This document shows positions 9,415-18,558 of a stretch of DNA of 64,000 bases, in pieces (position 1 is the first letter of the stretch; each line of letters opens with the position of its first letter). The position numbers and the translations under genes were made by a program. The stretch covers positions 630,094 through 694,093 of the forward strand of contig CAWIWV010000001.1 in the NCBI GenBank assembly GCA_963839925.1, given 5' to 3'. The stretch is from an uncultured Acidimicrobiaceae bacterium (lineage in GTDB: Bacteria; Actinomycetota; Acidimicrobiia; Acidimicrobiales; RAAP-2). The notes beneath the pieces are model-generated. The model worked only from the letters and a program-made list of their open reading frames with translations. It was not told where the DNA came from and ran no database searches.

Positions 9415-11759
9415 ATGACGACCGAAACGGGACTCCTCGCCTCTGCATCTCCAGGACCCACCGCCGACGCCCGCTCGAAGGAAGCGAGGGGAGCGTCGCT
9501 CCCGGTCTGGACAGCCGCTGCAGCCACCCTGACCGCGTTCGCCATGCTCGTCCCGGCGGAACCCGGGGCGAAGGCACTCGCCACCATCGGCATCATCGCG
9601 GTGCCCGGGGCGACGATCATCAGCTTGCTGGGTCTGATGCCGAAGGGACTGACCCAGCGCATCTTCTTCACGCTGGTCACCGGGGTCGCCTTCTTGATGG
9701 GTGTCGGGGTGGTCTGCGCATTGGGCCTGCGGCTCGTCGGAATCGGGCACCCACTCACCCGAGGACCGATGTTGGTCGTCTGGCTGCTGGTGCTCGCCGG
9801 TTCGGTGCTTCTACCCGCGCGAACCCGACGCGACCCTCTGCGCCTGACGCTGGATGGCGTCCGCCCAGCACACTGCTGGTGGTTGGTCGGGCTGAGCACA
9901 CTTCCCGCCCTCGCGCTGGCCGGTGCGGCCCGCCTCAACGCGGGACACGGCGGAGCGCTCGCCGTCTCGGTGTGCGTTGCCTGTGTCGCGGTGCTCTTGT
10001 TGGTGCTGGTCACGACCGCGTGGAACCGGGCCGTGCTTCCAGCCGGACCCGCGATCTTCATGTCGGTCGTCGCCCTGGTCTGGCAGGAGACGGCCCGCGG
10101 CAATTGGCTCTTCGGGAGCGACATCCAGCACGAGTACTTCGTGGCGAACCAGGCCGCGACGACCGGGCAGTACTCGCTCGCCGTCCACGGGGACCCCTAC
10201 CGAATCATGCTGTCGTTGACCGTGCTCCCCGCGCAGCTCCATGTGCTCACCTCGGCATCGGTGGAGATGTTGTTGCAGCTCCTGCCGGCAGTCATCCTCG
10301 GCCTGGTGGTCATCGGGGGCCTGTGCATCTTCCGCTCGCTGCTGTCCGAAGGGTTGGCGGTGGGATTCACCCTGTTGTTCGTCGGGGTCAACTCGGCCCT
10401 CTTGACCGAGCTCCCCTCCGTCACCCGCCAGTGCTACGGGCTGCTGATGTTCGTGGCGATGCTCGTGCTGGTGGTCGCTCCGCCCCTTCCGATCCGGCGG
10501 GCTCAAGCCCTCTTCGTCGCCCTGGGCGTCGCCATGGTGCTCGCGCACTACTCGACCGCATTCATCGGCATCCCGGTCCTGGTGGTCGGGTGGGTTTCGC
10601 GGTGTGGTTCTCACCGGCTACCGCCGAGGACAACTCCGCCGTCGACGAGGCAGCCTCGAGGTCGCTGATCGTCCGGAGAGATCGAACGCGTCGTCGCCGA
10701 GGGAGAACCGTGGTGATCGGAGTCCTCGCTGCGGTCCTGGTGGGGGCTGTGGTTGCCAGCACTCGAGGCCAGCTCTCCAGCCTGCGCAAGTCGATCAGCT
10801 CGAATGGGCTGGGGATCCTCCCGGGTCATGGAGGGCTGCTCAGCCGCTGGATCCACGGGGCAGGCTCCAAGACGATCAGTGCAACCGCTCTGCAGAACTA
10901 CGACCAGACCCACACCACCGATCGGATCGCACACTATGTCGACCCCCGGTCGCTGACCTACCACCTGACCAACGCGTCTGCTCCGAAGAAGCCGTCGGTG
11001 CACGTGTTTGCTCCCACCTCGTCGGCAGTGGTGACGATCGCGAACGAACTGCTCCTCGTCGCCTCGGTGATCGCAGTCGTGGTCTGCGTCGTGTGGCTCT
11101 TCCGCCGGACCCACCATGTCCGGCCCGAGCTGGTCGGCTTGGCAGTCGGTGCAGTCGCTCTCGATGCGGTCGCGCGACTCTCCGGTTCGGTCGCGCAGAG
11201 CTTCGGACCCGAACGGGTGCAGGCGCAACTCGGGATTCTGCTGCTCATTCCACTGGCGCTGGTCATCGTGTCCGCGACCTGGGGCTCGTCGCGCACGCTC
11301 CGATGCGGCATCATCGTTTTGGCGTCGATCGAACTTGCGAGCACCACCGGATTGTTCGCCACGGCGTTCGGGGGCGTTCCCCCCGCCAGCCTCTCGACCT
11401 ACGGCGAGAACGTCGAGCGGTTCGTGGTGACCACTCCGAGTCTCTACACCGCCCAATGGGTGGTGGATCACGTCGGGACGCGGGTGATCCAGGCGGACCC
11501 CTATGGTTCGTTGGTCCTGTCCGACTTCACCGGTGGGCAGCGCTCATCGACCTTCGACTCGGTCGACCCGAGGGCGGTGTACCGGTTTGCGTGGATCTAC
11601 GCGACCCCGGCCAACATCGTCGACGGGCGCGCCCGAGGGTCGGCAAACGGCAACGTCGGAGTGTTCGTCTTCCCGCAAACCCTCTACGACCGGACCCGAC
11701 CGGTCCTCTTCACGACGGGTACAACCAGGGTCTACGGGCAGGTTGCGACGGACAACTGA
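9415..11759 (+). pseudogene. Large polytopic membrane protein with C-terminal soluble domain; frame broken near 10585-10600 (or two overlapping genes)
   Basis: GAGGGA Shine-Dalgarno (SD) sequence upstream of ATG 9415. Frame 1 reads as many TM helices up to ...AHYSTAFIGIPVLVVGW, then turns into an Arg/Pro-rich tail. Frame 0 continues VGFAVWFSPATAEDN... with five more TM helices and a soluble C-terminus to 11759. The span is 2345 nt (3n+2). Confidence 0.55.
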
Positions 11760-11769
11760 GTCGGCGCGG

Positions 11770-14161
11770 TCATTGGAAACAGGAGCGGATCGCCGTCTGG
11801 GTTGCCGGTTGGAAAGCCCAGGGGTTCTGAGGGTCTGGCTGGGTGAGGAGGTTTCCGGAGTTGAAGGTGAGAAACGCTCCCCAAAAATAGATTCCCGCCA
11901 GTTTCTCGGCCTTGAGGAACTGGCAGGCAGTGGTGATCCACTGCGCCTGAATCGTCTGGTTGAAGGTGGAGCCGGGAGTGCTGTAGCAGCACGAGTCCCG
12001 GTAGGCCCCGTCGAGCGCGCTGATGCCGACCTCGTCCAAGCTGACATCGGACTTGGCCGTCGGGAAGGGTAGGTACCTGAGCGTGATTTCCCACTGTTTC
12101 AGCGAGCGCGGCAACCGAGGTCGAGGGTGTTGCGTTGGGGACGTCCGGGTAGGCATCCTCTCCCGTGGCGACCCCGCTGAAGACCTTGCCGGGGTTCAAC
12201 CAGTTGGAGTCGAAGACGAGCTTTCCTTTGAAGATTGCTCGCGCGGCGGCGATGTTCGTGTTCCAGAGTGGGCTGCTCGTGAGGCTTGCGAGCTCCACCG
12301 CGATGCTGAAGCGGGTGACTCCGTTCGCTTGCGCCATCTCGAGGTAGGGCCTGAGCATCTGGTTGTAGCTCGCGAACCAGGCGGTGGTGTTGGTCGGAGC
12401 GATCGTTCCTCTCCATCCGACGAACAGATTGGCCTCTTGCAGCTCCGGGCGGATCAGGACTTGGAGCCCCGCTGCCTCGGCCGCCTGCACCACGACAGCG
12501 AGACGGGCGGGGCTCGGTGTCTGCAGCGGGACGAGAGTCCCGGGCTGGTTGCAGACGTTCGCGGTAAAGACGGTGTTCGAAGTGGGGCTCGGGGTGAAGA
12601 AGGGAATGGTGATGCCGACGCTGTTCGCCCCCAGTGATTTGATGCTCGCCATCTCGTTGGTTGCGTTCGTCTGCCACTCGGCGGGGGACGAGCAGTTGTC
12701 GATCGTGTAGACGTCGATCCCGTACTGGGGAGGAGTCGAGGCGGCTGCGGTCGTCTTCTTCGGGGGAGCTGTCGAAGCAGTCGTGACTTTGGCAGCGGTG
12801 TGTTTGACGTTGGTGGTGGGGGGCGGCCCCCCGGGTGCCCAAGGCGAGACCGGAGCCCAGGTGGATCCTGGCGGAGGAGTGATCGGTGACGAGCTCACCG
12901 CCTTTCCGGTCGGGATCTTCCGGAGAATACCGAGCACCAGCTGCCAGCCACTCGGCAGCGAATACGGCGTGCCGGTGATCTTTCCGGAGGTCACACCGTT
13001 GAGCGTCGCGCCGCTCAAGAACGCGGCCATCAGATAAGCGGCATGGAGATTGGCGTCCGCCAGGTTGGCGTCCTGGACGTTGGCGCCGTGCAGGTTGGCG
13101 CTCGAGAGGTTCGCCCTACTCAGGTTGGCGTTCTGAAGGTTGGCGTAGGGACCGACCAGGTAGCCGTCGTCGAGCTGCCAGTTGGAAGGGGTGGCGTGGG
13201 GAAGGCTGGCGGGGACGCCGGTGATTCCACCGGAGGTCACCCTGGCAAGCTGTGCCCCGCTCAATGTTGTGCCTGCCACGTTGGTCCCGACCATCGACAC
13301 GTTGATCGCATTCGTGTTGGACAGGTTGGCGCCGGCCAGGTTGGCGCCCGACAGGTCGGCCCCCTCCATGTTGGCCCCGGCCGCATCGTCCCCGCTCAGG
13401 TCCGCGCCGGCCAGGTTGGCGTTGTAGAGGAAGGCGCCCGGCCCGATCAGGTAGCCGTTGACGACGGTCCAGTTGGCCGGGAGTGCGGCCGGTGTGCCGG
13501 TGAGGCCACTCGTGATGGCCCCGGCGAGGTTCGCGCCGGTGAGGATGGCTCCATCCAGGTCAGCTCCGCTCAGGGTCGCCGAAGCAAGGTCGACGCCGGT
13601 CAAGTCGACCCCGGAGAGATCGGCGTTCGTGAGATCTGCACCCGGTCCGATCAGAAAGCCCCCGTTGAGCGACCAGTTGGTCGGCAGGGTGAGATCGCCA
13701 CCAGTGACTTGTGAGGACTGCACGCCGTTGAAGTCTGACCCGGTGAAGGTGGCGCCGGTCATCGTCGACTCGTCGACGTTGGCGCCGTCGAAGAATCCGT
13801 TCGGGATGTTGGCCTGGGTCAGATCAGCTGCGAACAGTTGGGCGCCCTGGAGATCGACCGACGATCCTTGGACATCGGTGAGGTTGGCCTGGTTGAGGTT
13901 GGCGTCGGTCAGGTTCGCCTGGGAGAGATTCGCGCCGGTCAGATCCGCACCCGACAGGTTGGCGCCGTAGAGGTTGGCGTTCGCAAGATTGCAGCCCGCG
14001 AGCTCGGCCCCCGGACCCGGGACGCAGCCGTCCGCGCCCGCTCGAACCGGGTTCGGTAATGTCAGCGCGAGCACCATTCCGACGGCGACCACCGACGCCG
14101 TTCGGCGCACCGCTGAACGAAAGCCCCTCGTGGGCCAACCCCCCAAGGTCCGCATCCTCAA
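11770..14161 (-). pseudogene. Secreted pentapeptide-repeat array fused to the GH-like domain (paralog copy 4), interrupted by a +1 frameshift at about 12097-12099
   Basis: Signal peptide MRMRTLGGW...VVAVGMVLALTLPNPVRAGA, about 400 aa of pentapeptide repeats, then the GH-like domain. The true C-terminus (SLDEVGISALDGAY...GIYFWGAFLTFNSGNL...AIRSCFQ) is in the frame of ORF 11770-12156. The span is 2392 nt (3n+1). Confidence 0.8.
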
Positions 14162-14227
14162 AGTATTGCAGGACCCGGTGCGTTTTCGCTCGGCGACCTG
14201 GCCATATTTCGAGGCGGAACCGACCGG

Positions 14228-15640
14228 TCAGGAGCGGCCCGACACCCTCACCCGTGGACACACGGGACCGAACGAACGCGACCTGAAGCACCCGGTCCAT
14301 ACGCCCGCCCCGTAGCAGAGGTCGTCCACGACCGAGGCCAGCGTCCAGCGGACCGGGTCGAGACCCGGACGGTGCTTCCACCAGTCGACCAGGGGCGGAG
14401 CGAGGAGCAGGACTGCCGCTGCCCTCCGTGCACGTCCACCCCGGAGCAGCGCCATCACGAGGACGGGTCCGGCAAGCATGGTCGAAGCCCGGCCCATGCC
14501 GACGATCGCCCAGCAAGGGCTCGCCACGTTCCAACGAACGATCGCGCCCAGAGTGATGCCGCGACCGCGGATCCGCACACCGGTCGATGCCGTCGAAGCA
14601 GCGACCAAACCCATCGCGGTGCGGTACCGGCCGCTCAGCGCGGCGAGGGCGGCGGCTGCAGGCAACAGGCGGACGTCAACCGGTGCAAGACGGCCGGCGT
14701 GGCGCTTCGAGAGCGGAGCCGCTGAGGTGCCATACCGGAAACGACGGGCGAGGGTGCCCGGCCAGGTTCGGGGCTCCTCGTGAAACACGATGCTCGACGG
14801 TTCGTAGCGGACTCGCCATCCTGCGCCCGCCAGCCGCCAGACGAGGTCCACGTCCTCGCCGACCCGCAGTCGGGAATCGAATCCGCCCGCCGAATCAAAC
14901 GCTTCCCTCCGAATCACCAATGCTGCGGACGGAACGTAGCGAACACTCCTGATCGGATCCACCTCACTCGGTTCGGGTCCCATGTCGAGTGCCGAGTGCG
15001 CGTCGGCGAACCGGGTGAGGGCCCCCGGGTCCGCATCCGGGGTGGCCCGATCCGGCCGAACCCGCGGTGCCACAGCGCCCATGTCAGGGTCTTCGAACAT
15101 CCACACCAGCTGCTCGAGCCATCCGTCGGTCACCCGGCAGTCGGCGTCGACGAAGGCGACCAGATCGGTGGTGACGACGTCGACCGCCTGGTTCCGAGCC
15201 GCAGCCGGTCCACCGTTGATCGGTCGACGAATCAGCTGCGCCCGATGTCGATCGCAGACCGCCGCGACCGCGTCCGGGTCGTCGGAGGCGTCGTCGACCA
15301 CCACCACCGGCGTCGTCGTCCCCAGCGACGCAAGGCAACGGTCGAGTGCCTCGGCATGGTTGTGGACCGGCACGACGACCGTGAGGTCGGTGATTTCCGT
15401 GTTGCCGTTCACCACCTCGGGACGACGGGGGTGTGCCATGCCGGCATCGACCAGGCGCTGCGCGAGCTGACGTGATCCGTCGTTCGCCTCTTCACCGGCG
15501 AGCAGCGCGTCGAGCGTCGCCACACCTTGCGGTGTCAAGGTGATGAGCCGCCCGGGGGACCCGCCCACCAGCACGGTTCCGTTGCGGAAGGTGCGCGCCG
15601 ACCGGTCGAGCACCAACCCGAACCGCTCAGGAAGGGTCAC
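14228..15640 (-). CDS. mftF: Mycofactocin system glycosyltransferase
   Basis: 470 aa. The N-terminus LPERFGLVLDRSARTFRNGTVLVGGSPGRLITLTPQG is followed by a GT2 core (VVVPVHNH..., VVVVDDASDD, FVDADC). It is the last gene of the mft operon; its GTG start overlaps the upstream stop (GTGA at 15637-15640). Confidence 0.85.
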   Translation of the reverse strand: MTLPERFGLVLDRSARTFRNGTVLVGGSPGRLITLTPQGVATLDALLAGEEANDGSRQLAQRLVDAGMAHPRRPEVVNGNTEITDLTVVVPVHNHAEALDRCLASLGTTTPVVVVDDASDDPDAVAAVCDRHRAQLIRRPINGGPAAARNQAVDVVTTDLVAFVDADCRVTDGWLEQLVWMFEDPDMGAVAPRVRPDRATPDADPGALTRFADAHSALDMGPEPSEVDPIRSVRYVPSAALVIRREAFDSAGGFDSRLRVGEDVDLVWRLAGAGWRVRYEPSSIVFHEEPRTWPGTLARRFRYGTSAAPLSKRHAGRLAPVDVRLLPAAAALAALSGRYRTAMGLVAASTASTGVRIRGRGITLGAIVRWNVASPCWAIVGMGRASTMLAGPVLVMALLRGGRARRAAAVLLLAPPLVDWWKHRPGLDPVRWTLASVVDDLCYGAGVWTGCFRSRSFGPVCPRVRVSGRS

Positions 15641-16458
15641 AGAGACAGTCCGCCGTCCACCGGGATCACCGCCCCGGTGAGGGCTGCCGCATCCGGACCT
15701 GCCAGCCAGACCAGTGCGGCCGCGACCTCCTCGGGCCGGAGGAGCCGCCCGACCGGCTGCTGCTCACCGAACGGTCGGGTGTCCTCGAGGCCGTAGAGCC
15801 GGGCGCTCTCTGCAAGCGTCGCGGTGTCCGTCGACCCGGGGCTGACCGCGTTCGCGGTGATCCCGGTGCCGGCCAGCTCCACCGCGAGTCCGCGGATCAG
15901 TCCGCCCACACCTGCCTTGGCCGCGCCGTAGGCGGCCAGCTTCGGCAGTCCCTTGGTTGCTGCCGCCGAGGCCACCGCGAGGAACCGGCCGTGGCGGGGC
16001 GCGGGGCGCCGGAGCAGTGCCGGGACGGCAGCTCGGGCTGCGGTGATCGGGCCCAGGAGATTGACATGGATGACCGCTTCGAGCTGGTCGTCGGGCATCT
16101 CCCAGAGGTGGGTTCCACCGGCGATCACCCCCGCTGCGGCCACCATCGCGTCGAGACCACCGAAACGTTCCTCCGCGACTGCCACTGCCGCGCTGAGTGC
16201 CACCGGGTCGGTTGTGTCGGCGACGTATCCCACGACCCGGTCCGCGCCGGTCTCCTCTGCTGTGGGCGGCGGGCAGACCGCCAGCGCGTCTGCGACCGTG
16301 CGATCCAATTCCGCCTGCGTCCCCATCGGATAGGGGATCCGGGGGTCGTCCGCTGCCCGATCGACCGCGACGACCGACCAGCCCTGTGCGGCAAGGCCGA
16401 TCACCGTCGCCGCACCGATCCCACGCGCCGCCCCGGTCACGATTGCCACTCGGGTCAT
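15637..16458 (-). CDS. Mycofactocin-coupled SDR family oxidoreductase
   Basis: 273 aa starting at ATG 16458 (MTRVAIVTGAARGIG). The insert DPRIPYPMGTQAELDRT is typical of the mft-associated SDR clade; YGAAKAG active site. The 519-aa track ORF is an upstream out-of-gene extension. Confidence 0.85.
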   Translation of the reverse strand: MTRVAIVTGAARGIGAATVIGLAAQGWSVVAVDRAADDPRIPYPMGTQAELDRTVADALAVCPPPTAEETGADRVVGYVADTTDPVALSAAVAVAEERFGGLDAMVAAAGVIAGGTHLWEMPDDQLEAVIHVNLLGPITAARAAVPALLRRPAPRHGRFLAVASAAATKGLPKLAAYGAAKAGVGGLIRGLAVELAGTGITANAVSPGSTDTATLAESARLYGLEDTRPFGEQQPVGRLLRPEEVAAALVWLAGPDAAALTGAVIPVDGGLSL

Positions 16459-17189
16459 CCGCTCGCCTCCATCATCGATTGGTCGCGGGAGGTCTCGGCA
16501 CGCACCGCCAACGTGTGCGCCGCCGCGACCAGCCGGTCGGCAGCCGCCGACAACAACCGCTGACCCTCCTCGGCCGAAGCACCGGTCGGATCCCCGAGCA
16601 CTCCGTTCCGACTGACCGCTCGGATGCCATGTTCGCGAAGGATCGGCAACAGCAGTTCGATCGGACGTTCGTCGCCGGGCGTTGCGTGATCGAGATGCAC
16701 CCGGTCGGGCGCGATGGCCAGCATCAGTGACGTCTCGGTCCGACCTGCGTGCAGATCGCCACCCCACTGCGATGACCACGCCGCAACCGAGCGCCCTTCC
16801 GCGTTGAGCCGGGCCACCGCCCGGGCAACCGGTTCCGCGTTCCCGCCATGGGCGGTGACCAACATGATCGAATCGAACCCGACCGTCGCCGAGCGACCCA
16901 GCTCCAACAGGACGAGCTCGGTCGCCTCCGAGCCGATGGAGAGCGTTCCGGGGAAGGCCTGGTGCTCGCCGCTCGACCCGTAGGGGAGTGCGGGGGCGAC
17001 CAACAGCCGCGGGTCGCGCCTCGCGGCCGCCAGGGATACTGCGACCGCGATGTCGGTGTCGGTGGTGAGCGGAAGGTGAGGGCCGTGCTGCTCGGTCGAG
17101 CCCAGCGGGACGAGGAGGGTCGCGCGTCTGCCCGCATTTGCACCGAGTGAGTCCACGTCCGGCCAGGTCAGGCACTCCAATCGACTCAT
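16455..17189 (-). CDS. mftE: Mycofactocin precursor peptide peptidase (creatininase fold)
   Basis: 244 aa. LVPLGSTEQHGPHLPLTTD and VTAHGGN motifs of the creatinine amidohydrolase family. ATGA overlaps at both ends (17186-17189 and 16455-16458). Confidence 0.85.
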   Translation of the reverse strand: MSRLECLTWPDVDSLGANAGRRATLLVPLGSTEQHGPHLPLTTDTDIAVAVSLAAARRDPRLLVAPALPYGSSGEHQAFPGTLSIGSEATELVLLELGRSATVGFDSIMLVTAHGGNAEPVARAVARLNAEGRSVAAWSSQWGGDLHAGRTETSLMLAIAPDRVHLDHATPGDERPIELLLPILREHGIRAVSRNGVLGDPTGASAEEGQRLLSAAADRLVAAAHTLAVRAETSRDQSMMEASG

Positions 17190-18190
17190 CGTTCACCTCC
17201 TTCGTCGCCGGCCTCGGGATCCGGAAGGTGCTCGAGATAGCCGTTGCGCACCAGGTATCCGAGCAGCTCGTCCGCAGCCTCGCGGCTGTCGATCGGCCCG
17301 ACGACGGTCGGCGGGTCGTTGGTTGCGAGCGCCCCGGTCAGCGCGAGGAGGCGAATCCGAGGACCGCCTGCAGGTGCCGGGCGTACGTGAGTTCGGACGA
17401 CGAACGGCTGGGTCGGACCGACCCGGGTATGGTCGCTCTGACCCGGCCCTGCTCCCGTGCCGCCTCGCTCCGAGGGGCGGGGATGGCTGAGCGGCACCGT
17501 CAGCTTCTGGGCCTCGAGCGCCCCGGCCAGAGAAGCCCGACGGACTCGGGTACCCGCACCCTCGACCGAGCACACGGCAGGTGTCGGAACCCGGAGCCGC
17601 TCACGCCAGCCGCCATCGAGTCGGCGTTCCGCGAGCAGCGCTCTGTCGGCGACGCCGGCGGCTCCGCGGGGGGCGGCCTCGAGCTTCACCAATCCGAGGG
17701 CCTGGGAGGCACCGAGCTCGTGCGCGAGAAAGGCCGGCACCGCTCCGGTGCCGCGGTCGACCGAGCGATCGCCACACAACACCAGCTGCGGAGGTCCGAA
17801 CGGTTCGATCGCCGCGAGCAACACCCTGGCCAACTCGCGCTCGTCGCCCGCGAGCTCTCGCGCGTACCCGTGTTCGACTCGCTGATCGGCCATCGGCACT
17901 CGCAGCACCGACGCGCCGAGTGCCGCGACCTGTCGGAGCACGGGCTCGACGTTCGCCGGTCCGGCAGTGACCGCCACCAGGCGTCCCGACCACGCATCGC
18001 AGACACGGAGCGCGTGTTCGAGTGCGGCTTCGTCGGCCGGGGAGAGGCCGATCCCCCAGGGGTCCTGGCGCACCGAGCCGGTGAGCGGGTCGACCTCGGG
18101 CCGGAGGTCGGTGATCCTCAGGAACACCACCACCAGCGGGCGCTCCATGTCGGTCGTGTCACTGGCCATGGACTGGCTCGGCGGGTTCAT
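17186..18190 (-). CDS. Electron transfer flavoprotein beta subunit (FixA/EtfB-like) with C-terminal extension
   Basis: ATG 18190 overlaps the fixX stop (ATGA). ETF-beta blocks: VVVFLRITDLRPEVDPLTG and LVLCGDRSVDRGTGAVPAFLAHELG. The first 124 codons of the 458-aa track ORF are out-of-frame read-through of fixX. Confidence 0.8.
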   Translation of the reverse strand: MNPPSQSMASDTTDMERPLVVVFLRITDLRPEVDPLTGSVRQDPWGIGLSPADEAALEHALRVCDAWSGRLVAVTAGPANVEPVLRQVAALGASVLRVPMADQRVEHGYARELAGDERELARVLLAAIEPFGPPQLVLCGDRSVDRGTGAVPAFLAHELGASQALGLVKLEAAPRGAAGVADRALLAERRLDGGWRERLRVPTPAVCSVEGAGTRVRRASLAGALEAQKLTVPLSHPRPSERGGTGAGPGQSDHTRVGPTQPFVVRTHVRPAPAGGPRIRLLALTGALATNDPPTVVGPIDSREAADELLGYLVRNGYLEHLPDPEAGDEGGER

Positions 18191-18444
18191 CCGTGGTGGA
18201 AGACGACACCGAAGCCGCCGTCGGGATAGGTCCAGGTGATCGCGCCCTCCGAGTTGCAGACCATGTAGCAGGTCCCACATTCGAAGCACTCTTCGTAGTT
18301 GAAGAGGATGCCCCCGTCCGAGGTTGGAACGAACAGGTTGGCCGGGCACGCGGTCACGCACGCTCGGGTGGTGCACGAACGGCAGACGTCCGAGTCGACC
18401 GTGATATGGGCCCGATCGCCGACCCGGAAGTCCACGGTGGCCAT
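18187..18444 (-). CDS. fixX: FixX-type ferredoxin-like protein (minimal ORF; possibly extends to ATG 18562, see findings)
   Basis: 85 aa with Cys clusters CRSCTTRACVTACP and CFECGTC, and the C-terminus WTYPDGGFGVVFHHG as in FixX proteins. Confidence 0.85.
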   Translation of the reverse strand: MATVDFRVGDRAHITVDSDVCRSCTTRACVTACPANLFVPTSDGGILFNYEECFECGTCYMVCNSEGAITWTYPDGGFGVVFHHG

Positions 18445-18464
18445 GCGCTCCTCGAAGGAGATGC

Positions 18465-18549
18465 CGCGCCACTGGTCGCCTCCGGCTCCGCGCCACTGGT
18501 CGCCTCCGGCTCCGCGCCACTCGGTCGCCTCCGGCTCCGCTCCACTGGT
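18465..18549 (-). repeat. 24-bp tandem repeat, 3.5 copies (third copy is 25 bp)
   Basis: cgcgccactggtcgcctccggctc at 18465-18488 and 18489-18512; cgcgccactCggtcgcctccggctc at 18513-18537, with an extra C at 18522; partial copy at 18538-18549. Confidence 0.9.
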
Positions 18550-18558
18550 TGTGCTCGC

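Noticed and set aside
9030-10560. N-terminal 510 aa of the 909-aa ORF 9030-11759.
   Set aside because: This part is an Arg/Pro/Gly-rich off-frame translation that overlaps the genuine genes 8947-9399 and 9415 onward. Only the part after about 10590 is protein-like.
11732-11769. The 3' tail of the 809-aa ORF extending past 11770.
   Set aside because: After the frameshift at about 12098 this frame is nonsense (GNHAQVPTLPDGQVRCQLGRG...). The homologous C-terminus and its stop are in the other frame, ending at 11770.
15637-17196. 519-aa ORF, and the 458-aa ORF 17186-18562.
   Set aside because: Their N-terminal extensions are out-of-frame read-through of the upstream genes (mftE and fixX). The real starts are ATG 16458 and ATG 18190, each in a 4-nt overlap with the preceding stop.
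18465-18549. Tandem 24-bp repeats considered as a possible mini-CRISPR or regulatory array.
   Set aside because: The repeats are directly adjacent with no spacers, there are only 3.5 copies, and no cas genes are present. The period is a multiple of 3 and the copies are in phase with a flanking ORF, so they are better explained as a coding minisatellite.
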